A stretch of 60,375 bases of DNA, the filler included, from Sarea resinae (lineage: Eukaryota), in the NCBI GenBank assembly GCA_026026165.1. It is 2 parts of 2 records of this genome, joined end to end, with 100 filler letters (N's around TTAATTAATTAA, not from the genome) between each part and the next. Parts side by side here need not be neighbours in the genome. Positions count along the whole stretch, not along the records: positions 30,694 to 60,375 come from JAPEUD010000128.1; 1 more part is not named here. One strand, written 5' to 3'. The position numbers were made by a program, and so were the translations under genes. Shown here piece by piece: positions 39,601 to 50,949 of the stretch (positions are counted from its first letter, which is position 1; the number at the start of each line of letters is the position of its first letter). A model generated the notes under the pieces. That model did not search any database. It had not been told where the DNA came from and saw only the letters and a list, made by a program, of their open reading frames with translations.

Positions 39601-40815
39601 AGAATGCCAAATAGATCTTGGTAATTTTCCTTGCCCTTCATCTGACTTCCGTCGGCTCCCCTTGTGAATCGGGGCTTAAGATTTTCCATGAACGTCTTGG
39701 CACTAAGACCAGTATACTCAATGCCGAGTCTATGTGATTCAAAAGGCTTCATGATAAAAGCTGAAAATGGAATGCTAAAAGTTGCAACTAAGAGAATTGC
39801 AAGCAGACCATTACTGCATCTTGCAAAGAGGCCGCTGCCAGCAAGGCAGATACCGGTGCAGATGATCAAGACGACAGTGGCCCATAGATACTCCCACCAG
39901 TGCCCTTCTGGTAGCCATTGTGCCCAATCTCCATGATTCGATCCGAAGTTTTGTTTGACACAATCGATCAGACCCACCGCATTCATGCCGGTATTAAACA
40001 CAAAGCCGAGATATAGAACAATGCCGATCGAACCTCCAAACTCTGGGCCGAGCGAGCGTGATATCAAATAGTACGCACCTCCACCACGTACCGTACCATT
40101 GGTTGCAATTGCAGAAATTGAGAGTGTCGTGACGAGGTTGATGAGATACGAAGCAATGAGCATTCCTGGTGACACCGAGTAAGCATCCATCTCAGAAAGG
40201 CTAAATCGTCGCAGGGGAATCGAACTTACCCATCATCCCCAATACCCCCGTCTGACCTAAAATGAATCCAAATCGAAGGAACATGAGAATGCTCAATACA
40301 TTCAAGCTGGTAGGCACAAATACACCGGAGAACGTTCCCAGTTTCCCGTGGCCCCCAACAGGTCGAGGCAGAGAGCCCACCTTGGGCTTCCAGCTCTCCT
40401 CATCGCTGCGCTTCGAATCGCGCGATTGATGCATCTGCGCGGTAAGAGAATCCTCTCCCAGCTGGCCGTGAGGCAGAAGGTGCCGACGAGAACTGGATTG
40501 TTGCCTATCCGAATCAGTGCCCTTGTTGTCCTTGCTCCCGAAGGAATGGATAGAGTCAAAGATCGACCTTGATAACTCGTGCTTTCGAGGAGTCGGTGGT
40601 GAATCGTTGGTCAAAGGTTCGTAAGGGTTATCAGAGGTTTGGCCCGAATGACGCTCGTCTGCTTGAGCATCATCACCGGCAGCATCATCAGAAATGAGCA
40701 CGGACGACCGACGATCTAATTGAGCAGCGTCGTCTGTTGCCGTGCGAGCCAAGAAGTTGGACCGAGTTCTCTGGGGCATCCTCCGAGAGGGTGCCAATTT
40801 GGACGGATCCGCCAT
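36614..40815 (-). CDS. SLC12 cation-chloride cotransporter (Vhc1-like), 4 exons
   Basis: KLGTFSGVFVPTSLNVLSILMFLRFG; SAIATNGTVRGGGAYYLISRSLGPEFGGSIG; FPATGGIFAGASMSGDLK; EHVKFWRPQILL; GLGGMRPN. Confidence 0.95.
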
Positions 40816-41273
40816 TCTCGCGGGACCTCAATGGTCTCTAGATCGTACAGGATGCAGCTATCGAAGATGAGTCGTGGGCATGACCTCGACAGGGGGGGTC
40901 GATATGGATTCTTACCATCGGGATCCTCTCTCGTCGTGATCTGTCTGGATTGCTGTCCTTCAGCGGTCGATTGACGTGTGTTGTAATGGTGGATAGCCAG
41001 CCGGTTAGGTACCTACGTGAGTATTCAAGACTCTTGCGTCTGTGCACTCCAGCTGTCTTGAGGAGACGGATAGCGGTCCGGGGCAGGGCCAAAATGAAGA
41101 AAACCAAGGTCAAACATGGGCATGTTTATCCTTCCAATGATACCATAGTACTACTACGTCCTTCGTACATAGTAGTACGCTGTAGCATCCCCGCTGGCCG
41201 CACTCCAATCAGAATGGAAGCACAGCACAGGGCGGTAGGAGTAGTTGAGGGATGAAGTCACCGCCGCCGGAAG

Positions 41274-41600
41274 TACTCCGGAGTAGCACCCAGTACGCGA
41301 CACCTCACTTTGACGCGGGAGAATGGCTGCACCGGTGAGAGCAACGGTACCCGCATGTACTCTGAGTGCTGTACCGCGTACCTCTTTGCTCTGTCTTCTG
41401 CGGCCGCGAACCCCCACGTGGTGCCTGGATCACAATGGATCCATCTGTCCCGTCATTGTTCCCCACGTCACATGATGCGCGATGGGCGTCTGCCCGAAGC
41501 GGGAGAGAAATACTGCGCGGTACCTCGACTACTCCGGAGTACGACGGACTTGTAGTCGGTAGTCTGTATTCCGGAGTACTCCTCCGTACCGTACGTACTG
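41274..41600. promoter_or_regulatory. Cluster of TACTCCGGAGTA palindromes in the divergent SLC12/AVT promoter
   Basis: Perfect copies at 41274-41285 and 41530-41541 and a one-mismatch copy at 41567-41578, amid many GTAC cores. Confidence 0.45.
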
Positions 41601-42034
41601 TGTGGCCTCCAGCTCGCCTACCAGCGGCATATCCAGCTGCTCAGGTACCTCCAGGGCTTCTTAACTCTGCTGACCACCTGAAGACGGCTCTCTCTGGCAC
41701 ACACGCACGCTGATACAGTGACCTTCTGACGCCCCGGAAGTGATCCCCCTATGGTTTGAGCTCGAACAGCAGCTGGACTTTTGGCGACTCATCCCAAGCG
41801 TCGAGAAGCCTCCGTGTCAGTCTCGAGACTCACCTTGTGCTGTTGTGCGTATCTCTCGGATCCTCCCACAGATTGCATGTTAGATCTCCTGCTGATAGAC
41901 TCCCACAGTCCGCCCTTTCTTGGTGGTTGTATATCTTTTGGAGTGCCCATCCTTTTCTGGTTGCGACCATTTTCGAGCACGTTAGGAGATGCAACGATAG
42001 CCGGGTCTAGCATTCCTTGGTTTCAGTAGCCATC

Positions 42035-44562
42035 ATGGTAGCCCGTGGACGTCAAGCCTCGTCCAGCTCTTCCCAGCCAAAGCCGGTACCAGACCACAGC
42101 CCTCGAGGTGATGATCTCGGCGAAGGATCGCCCTTTGGTGCCTCACCCGGCAGGGCGAGTTATACTGCCCGACTGGCATCGCCAGTACCGTCAAGTGCCT
42201 TGACCGGTTCACCATCCGTACGACAAATTCCAACACCCTCCCAGATCTCAGAAACGCCAGCGGAGTCAGATGCTTCACTGGAGGCTGTTATCGGAGGCTC
42301 CGCGTCGACTCCCGGGCCTGGTGCGTCAGCTCTCGCTGAGGCTCTTCGAAGCTCATCCGGCCAAAGTCCTCGGAATAATGCTTCGCCTTTTCGACCACCT
42401 TCGCCTGCAGCTGCCGCAGGAAATCTTCCAGATGCCCCAAGTAATTATGGTTCCTTTGACGCGCGCTCTGGCAGAGGAAGCCCGATGACATATGAAAACC
42501 CGGCCATCGTACGAAGGCACTTGGCGCTGCCTACCAAGGCCTCTTCTTCGTACGATGACCCTTCCAACGAACAAGGCAATAGCAATAGCCGAGCTACAGG
42601 CCTCCGCGGTGATGGCTTTTCGACGAATCTACGCAGCGGAAGCAGGGCGGCGGCTCCTGCAACTGGTGTAGATGAAGATGAGTTCTCAAGCTTACGATTA
42701 CAAGGCGGGGACATTACTCGGCCCATTTACCGTTGGACTGAAGAAGCAGAGGCGCGGTCCAATGGCCGTGGCCAGCGCAGCAAGAGTTTTCATGCTCAAC
42801 GCCCAGATCCAGAGAGTGAAGTGCTTAATATCAACTCGATCAAACAGCCCGGTGGATTACGACGCAATTTTCTCCGAAGATCTATGCCAGACCCATCTTC
42901 TGCGGATGGTCCCAATGAAGGGGGGGAGAGCTCATTAACACGGGGACGGCCACAACCAAAGCTCCTAACGAATAATTTCCTCGAGTTCCTCAGCTTATAC
43001 GGTCATTTCGCAGGAGAAGAGCTTGAGGAAGATGACGAGGCATTGGGGCCAGACGAATATTTTTCGTCTGATGCTTATGAAGAGGGTGGGTCATTCGACG
43101 ACGAAGCGGGCGAGGAAAACCGAGAATTCGGCGAAGAAAGCGGTCTGCTGGCTCCTGGTACCCCGGGAAAACGGAAACGTAAGCGTAAGGAACGGGCTCC
43201 GGCTGGAAAGAATGGTGTCTCCAATGCTATCCTACTGCTACTGAAATCCTTCGTCGGTACTGGAGTGCTGTTCCTTCCTCGAGCTTATCTGAACGGCGGT
43301 ATGCTATTCAGCAATCTGGTACTCTTATTCGTGGCAGCTTTGAGCTACTACTGTTTCATCCTCCTGGTAAACACCCGTCTAAAGGTCGATGGTTCCTTTG
43401 GCGACATTGGCGGTATCCTCTACGGCAAGCATATGCGAAATCTCATTCTCGCCTCTATCGTCCTTAGCCAGATCGGCTTTGCATCCGCCTACATCGTCTT
43501 CATCTCCGAAAACCTTCAAGCATTCGTCTTGGCTGTCTCCAAGTGCCGGACATGGATAGACATCAAGCCCATGATCCTATTGCAACTTGTCATCTTTCTT
43601 CCCCTCTCCCTAATTCGCGACATTAGTAAATTAGGCGCCACCGCACTGATTGCCGACGTCCTCATTCTCCTCGGCCTTGTATATCTCTATTACTACGATA
43701 TCTTCACCATCGTCACCAACCATGGCGTGGCCGACATCGTCAACTTCAATCCTCGTGACTGGACTCTCTTTATCGGTACCGCTATTTTCACTTTTGAAGG
43801 CATCGGCCTTATCATTCCAATTCAAGAATCCATGAAGAAACCGCAACAGTTCCCTGGCGTCCTCGCGGGCGTCATGGTCATCATCACGCTTATCTTCACC
43901 AGCATGGGCGCCCTCTCATATGCCGCTTATGGATCCAACACGAAGACTGTTGTCATCCTTAACATGCCGCAGGACGACAAATTTGTCAATGCAGTCCAGT
44001 TCTTGTATTCACTGGCTATCTTGCTGTCTACGCCGCTGCAGCTGTTCCCGGCCATTCGCATTACTGAGAATGAGCTCTTCACTCGATCGGGAAAGTACAA
44101 TCCCTATATCAAGTGGCAAAAGAACGTCTTCCGCTTTTGCCTGGTGTTGCTTTGTGCTGCCATTGCCTGGCTTGGTGCTGGCGACCTCGATAAATTCGTT
44201 TCTCTTGTAGGCAGCTTCGCCTGCGTGCCTCTGGTCTATGTTTATCCGGTAAGTCTCACTGTGTCCTCTCTTCCGTCTCTTCCCCTTCCCTCATCTTGTT
44301 CCTGGACTTGTCGAGTCCGAACAGTCAATGCTGATCCGCTTGGCAGCCCCTACTCCACCTCAAGGCCATCGCTACAAGTCGCTTCTATCGATGGTCAGAT
44401 ATAGCCCTCTGCGTCTTCGGCATCATTGTCATGGTCTATACTACCGTTCTTACCGTGAGTAGCTGGGCTGGCGGGTCGGATAAAAAAGCACCGCCGGGGT
44501 ATTGCGACGATGGTGGTGCCGGCCGCATTCTTGGCTTTGGGAGCTCGGCATTGAGATTGTAG
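42035..44562 (+). CDS. Vacuolar amino acid transporter (Avt3/Avt4, AAAP family), 2 exons (intron 44249-44346)
   Basis: Long Ser/Pro-rich N-tail, SLRLQGGDITR, NFLEFLSLYGHFAGE, LLLLKSFVGTGVLFLP, FIGTAIFTFEGIGLIIPIQESM, multiple TMs. Confidence 0.93.
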
Positions 44563-45287
44563 AGGCCACAGGGGGTCGGTTGGGTGTAAATAGATGTGTA
44601 TATTCTTTCCTTGTTCGAGGCTGTACTATTCACTTGAGAACCTATTCTCTCCGCGTCTTCCTTGGCACCGACTTGAAACATCAGTCACCTTTGTTTCTAT
44701 TCCTTCTCTACATACACGCACTCCTAGAACTGTCGCGAAGGCAGTTAGACTTTTCATTCTGTTGAGTTTGTCGAATGCATAGCGAATGCGATTAGTTGGT
44801 TAGTCTTGATGGTTTGTAAGCTTGAAAGATAGGACAAATGCAAAGGTCGAGGTCCTCCACTCACTCTCTTAGAGGCCACGAGCTGGGTCTGTAAATACCG
44901 TTCAGAGTTGACTTCTGCGCCAACTACTTACTGAGTATTTTTGCAATTGATAGCGCCAACTAATTGCGCAAACGTCAACATCACCAGCTTCCTCAAGTCC
45001 AAATCCATCATGGATCGCCGGGGTCTCTACGGTAGCCCGAGAATTCCCAGATCGAAATTGAGCCAACTACGTGACGCGAAACGAGCTCACGACGTCAAAA
45101 GCCAAAAATGTCATTTTCCATTGACCTACGATTGATTTGACGAAGCAAGCTCCCGTCCTCCATCAACCTTCATCATCCATCACCCATATCCATTCATCCC
45201 ATCTCCCTCTCTTCGAGGCAACGCCCAACTACAGATCTCAGCGTCGAGCAAACAGGCCAGGAGAACAACGACACACAAGCAGCAAAA

Positions 45288-46088
45288 ATGGTCAAGCTAC
45301 AAGAAGTCGAGGACGAGCACTTCTCCCAGGAGCAACAGGGACCCATTGAGGATAACGATGACGACTACTATACCGACACAGGTGCGTTCGTGCGCTTCTA
45401 GTATCACTCTACGACTCCATGCCATGATGCCCAACTCCCTGCTTTGCTCAATCTGCCATCTCCGCAATCTGCAAATCTCCGTTACTCCCCTAAACCCTCT
45501 CTACTCCGAAGCCATACTTACGCTCTCCTCCCCGGCCAGATTCTGAAATATCCGACGCCTCCTCTGCAGACTTCACCCTCGAGGAGTCGCTCTCGGAGCG
45601 CCTCGCGGCGCTCATCGACGTCATCCCTCCCAAGCAGCGCACCGCCATCTCCACCACCGTGAGCACAGCCACCAACTGGGTCAAGTCCGGACTATTGGTG
45701 AGCGGAAAGACGCTGTGGGTCGTGAGCACCAGTGCGTTATTGCTGGGAGTGCCGTGGGCGCTGGCGTTTGCCGAAGAGCAACAGATGGTCGAGATGGAGA
45801 AGGAGATGAAGATGCAACAGAGCGCTAACGAGGTTAGTTGTGACACTTTTCTTTTGTAACCCTTGCCACTCGATTCGATCCCGTGGGGAAGAGCTCACTT
45901 TGGGCTTTTCCAAAATTCTGGTTCTCTCTGCGGGCTGTTCTGCTTATGCAGGAGGGTGCATATTCCTTGCGGTCAGCCACTCATGAATAAACACTAACTT
46001 GTCATTCTCTCCGTAGCTTCTCACGCCTGGCGCCACCTCTCAGATCAGCCAGCAGTTCGGCCAGCAACAAGGCCGCCCCGCTCTCTAG
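45288..46088 (+). CDS. TOM22: Mitochondrial import receptor Tom22, 3 exons
   Basis: MVKLQEVEDE, acidic N-terminus, EESLSERLAALIDVIPP, TM GKTLWVVSTSALLLGVPWALAFAEEQQ. Confidence 0.95.
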
Positions 46089-46869
46089 ATCACTCTACCT
46101 TAATCACCACGGCTTCAAGGGACTGACAGATCCGCATCACACGGGTTCCATCATCGGGGGTGGCATAGATGGGAGGGAGGATATCAACAAAGCACACAGG
46201 TGGACCAGTGCTCCTGCTTGAAAGAAATAGGAACCCAGGAAAATGCTCCTGTCCGCCCTTCCGTTGACTTTTGTACACCATATCACCCATTCTTCGGTTC
46301 TCCTCTCTTCACTTCACTTCACTTCACTTCACATCCCCCCACAACCTCCTCTTTTTTTCGCGCCTGTTATGTACTGTATTATAACAACGATTCATACCTA
46401 CCGACCTACCTTATCCTATCCGTTCTCTCCGGCTTCTCGTATCCCGCCCGTGTTGTAACATTGCATGCATGTATGTATGCTTTGCTAGCTCATGGTCCTG
46501 CGGCGAACCCTCAGACGTCGCCGATGATGGCAAGATGCAGTAGAAAAAGAAAGTTCAGATAGAAGTAGCTGATTTTTTCATCCGTTCGCGAGACAGTCTT
46601 TTTAAGATATATACTACGTACTACGTATCGTATGAAAACACAACCCCCGATGATGAAGGCGACACAAAGCAGTTGGTAAATCGTACCATACACAAACCAC
46701 CCTCCCCTCCCCTCCCCTCCCCTCCCCCTCTCCTCCTGCCCAATCCCCCCCCCCCTTTGTTCTTTCCAACCCTCCAGCCCCTGACTCACCACCCCACATC
46801 CACATACCAGAGCGAGCGAGCAAACCACCACCAAACACCCACCCCCCCAACCCCCAACAAAAATCTCAT

Positions 46870-49693
46870 CTACCCCCTCCTAATCTCGCCAATGGCCCGT
46901 CGCCGGTGCTCCGAGTCGGCGAAGAGCGCCTCGACGAGATCGATGACCTCGTCCTTGGAGAACTCGAGGCGCAGCTCGCCCTCGGTCCAGAGGTAGCGGA
47001 TGTCGACGAGCGAGCTCTCGAGGATGGTGGCGAGGTATTGGAATTTGAGCCAGGCGGGGGCGTACATGACGGTCATGGGGACGGGGTCGGGCTGTGGCTG
47101 TGCTGATGGTGCTGATGGTGCTGATGGTGCTGATGGTGCTGATGGTGCTGATGGTGGTGGTGGTGGTGGTGCGGCACCAGAGCCCGAGGCAAGGTTTGGT
47201 GCTTGGGTTTCGGACGTGGGGCGTTCTTGCAGGAAAAGATCGTCGAGTTGGGAGATCTGGGCGCAGAAGCCGGCGAGACGGACGGATTCGGCCTCGGAAA
47301 TGTCGCTCATGTCTTCGATCTCGACGACCATCTTTTCCGTCACCGTGGCGAGGAGGGAGCCGAGGCTCTGCAGCAGGGCCGAGCGGGACAGGACGGGCTT
47401 CCAGAGGTCGTTGAGGAGGCGCAGGCGGTCGACCGTCGAGGCGATGGCGAGGTCGCATTGCGCGCTGAAGGGCGGCGAGGTGCAGTCGGTGAAGCCCTGC
47501 GCGCCGTCGAGGAGGTCGCGCAGGATGGTGCGCTGGGCGTCCATTTCGGCTGTGTAGGCGCGTTTGGCGAAGGTGGTCAGGGAAGTGATATCGGGGATGA
47601 GGCGGGTAAGGTTGGGGCTCGATCGAGATTGGGACTGGGATTCGGAGGCGAGGAGTTCGAGTTGGGCGGTCAGGTAGAGACTGTCGTTGTAGAGGTACAT
47701 GTTTCCGCCTGTGGACAGCGCGTAGTAGGTTGGTGCTGCGGCACGGTACATGGCAAGGAGGAGTGTGGGAAGAGAGAGGAGCCCCGCGGCTGCGGGGTGG
47801 ATGGGCGAGTGTGCATACCTAAAATGGGGGTTAGCATTCGACAACTTCCCATCAACGTGAAGATCGAGGACACTTACGCGGGCGTAGTGAGAGCTTCGGC
47901 ATCAGATTGCACTTTGTGGATCATATCGAGGATGGCTTCTGGGATTGCGGTGATGGTATAAGTCTCCTTGAGGGTGACCTCACGTTCGGATCGTTGAGAG
48001 GTCGGACGCTGATCTGCAGCTTGGCGCGGAGGCGGCTTCGATGCTCTTTTTGGCGAATTTGTTGATGGAGCACCTGCCACTGGGTCGTCATCGTCTTCCC
48101 CCCAGCCCCATGCTTCAGCCACGTCGTCTTCACCCTGATCTGCCGGCTTTGAACCTGCATTATCGTCCTCATCATCGTCATTGAAGCCCCACGCGCTAAC
48201 GTCGTCGTCATCGTCCTTCGCAACCTTGTCCCGTGGGGGCTCTGAGGGTTCACTCTCATCTTCTCCCCATCCAGCATCCCAATCATTGTCGCCTCCCTTC
48301 GGTTGAAAGACATCGTCGTCGTGCGAGACCTTCTGTGTCTCGACTCTCTCTACGGTCTTCGTGTCGCCCAGTCCTCGGGAGAGTAGCTTCCGCACTCCAT
48401 CAAGTGATGATTCGCGCCTCTTCGTGAGCCATACCATCGGTGCTCTTTCAACCCACTCCACCAGGCTCGTTTTCCCGGCCCATCCAAATGAATCAACTCT
48501 CTTTGTAAAATCAAGTACAGCGCTCAATATGTGTTGAAATTTGTCCAGCCCCTCTAGAGACGGGGGTACGGCAGACGACAGCCATGTATCGATGAGCCTG
48601 GTATTGAGAGTCGGCGTGAGAATTTCAGACAGAGGAGCGGTGATAGTTGACGGTAGTCGCGAATTCAGGTATTCGATGATAGACAGCACATCTTCCAAAG
48701 CTCTTTCAACGCCTACATCTGAGAGGCGCTGGGAAGTATCGATACTATCTCCGGCGATAGATATTGCCGCCACTGTACGATCTGGCGAGAAATTAAGGCG
48801 GGGAGAGAGGATGATGTTTTCGAGACTGCGATAGAGGGAGTCGATCCTAGCTTTCAGGAGGCCCAGCTTGGAAGAAGCATCTACGATGGAATCAACAGTA
48901 ATGGCCGATGAGCCTAGAGAATTCATCAGTGCAACTCTATCTAAGTTCGAGACATGTGGCATACGTTCAACGTGATCGCGAATTGTCAACCTTTGTTTCG
49001 TACGGTCAACGGCGATGAGTGCGTTCCAGCAACTTTCGACATTCTCGATCAGGCCATTTCTCAAATCAGAAGCATGGCCTCTGAACAATGCAACCACTCT
49101 CGTATTGTCCAAAGCCCAAAGTTGCCCGAGGCGATCTTCAGCTTCATCCAGTAGATCAATTGCGTGCACGATCTGATCCTGTAGAGCCGCTTCTTGTACG
49201 GCGTCCAGCTTGGCAGAGATGGCCTGGATCTCCACCAGGGCCCCTTCTAGAGTCTCGTTGAAGGCAAGCTCGCCATGTAGCAGATTCACCTTGCTCGACT
49301 CATCCTCAACCCGACTCTGCTGGAGCTTTCCTGCTTCGGCTTGTTTCACTATCTCTCGGGCGGTCGCTCTCGATTGTTGAATGTCGGCGTGCAGCTGCTT
49401 GGCTTGACTGATCCATCCATCGATGTCCGGAGCCGACTCGCGGCTTCGCTCTCGGATCTCGTCCTGCGCACCAAATAAAGCAATCAGCGACCGATCTCGA
49501 GTAGAATGATTCTGACGAACGGAGAGCTTACCTGAACCTCATTGCGAGCTTTCTCCAGGAAGTCCAGTGCCAGCGGGAGAACGGTTGGCTGGACATGGGC
49601 CGCTACCACCTCCTCCGAGTCGGGATACGCTCCATCTCGGACAGACTGGAGGAGGGCATGGCCTAGATCACGATCGGGTATGGTGGAGGGCAT
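46870..49693 (-). CDS. ZW10/Dsl1 tethering-complex subunit, about 4 exons
   Basis: Helical N-terminus, acidic Trp-rich lasso (DWDAGWGED, SAWGF, EAWGWG), NMYLYNDSLYL, C-terminal WLKFQYLATILESSLVDIRYLW and LVEALFADSEHRRRAI. Confidence 0.88.
47099..47170. repeat. Coding 9-bp minisatellite (GCTGATGGT)n plus (GGT)n inside ZW10, encoding PPPPP(SAP)n
   Basis: About 6 tandem 9-mers, in frame. Confidence 0.9.
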
Positions 49694-50949
49694 GCTGGAT
49701 CGCCTCCATACGAGTGCAGCAGTGAAGCAGGAGGAGTGAGGTCAACGGCCCTGTGCAGGAACCAGGAGAGTACAGTACTGCGTACGCCGTAGTTCGTACT
49801 GGAGGAAGTCACCGCAGCACATCCACCCTCGATCAGCCGTGGTGATCCAATGTCTCCAATGTCCGTGCATCAAGAGAAAACAAGCTTATCAGCCCTGTCT
49901 GCCGCGCGACAAAGCAACACTGTACGAGGATTGAGGATTTCGTACTCTAACGTACTGCGTAGTACTACATACTACTACTTCTACTCCGGAAACATCAATA
50001 CCTTCTGTATGTAATCCGTCGATGACAGAGACCCGTCCAAACCTCGCTGACCCCAATCTGGGCAAGTCCTTGTTATGCGTGGCGATGATTTCTTTTTCGT
50101 TTTCGGCGATTGACCACAGCATCCGTAATCAGGTTGAATGATCTGCCATTCGGATAATTCGACACACGTACTCTATTGCCAGTATTCGTACCTCCACCAG
50201 GCAAGGCCGGCAAAGTATTCATGGTAAGGTACGCAGTAGAGGGCTAGTGAGTCGCTAAGAGCAAGGCGAGGGATGGGTCGCGGGCCATGGCCCTACTGTG
50301 TAGTGTGGAGTGTGGTGGCCGACCCCTCGGACCCCCCCCCCAGAGAGCATATCAGATTGGCCACTGGACCCTGCCCGGCATCGCATCTCGACCGCTGCTC
50401 CTCCTCTTCCACCTCATTGCGGACCCGTAGCTGTCTGTATCTGGACACTCCCTTCCCATAGACAGACAGACACCGTGAGTCCGAACAGCGCCCAGAACAG
50501 CCACTGTCAAGGTCGCCTTCTTCACAGCCACCAACGACCGGCGACGCCATCTCATCTGGTCGACAGCCTGCGTATCTGACAGAGGTGAGGGGCTTTCCTT
50601 TCACGGCAGTCAGCTGATGAGCATTGGACGTTCCGTCAAAGAAGTGTCTGTCGCGATCCTATAGTGCATGTCTGACATGTTTGAGCGGCTACGTTCCTTG
50701 CAATATCCTGTCACGGAGTGTTTGCGTGTCTTGACGTTGCCTTTTCATTGAGATCTTCCTCAAATTCGTTGCTTCTCACTTGCAGTCCCGTTCGGGATCA
50801 TATCTCTGTACGCTTGAGACGGGGAGTCCCAGCAGGAATGCCACTTTTCTGATCAATGACCAGTATTGTCTGGCCATGAGCACCTTTGACATTTGCTAAC
50901 CACTGCATCAGAAGTATTACAACACGACTAGAGTGTAAAACGCTCCATC

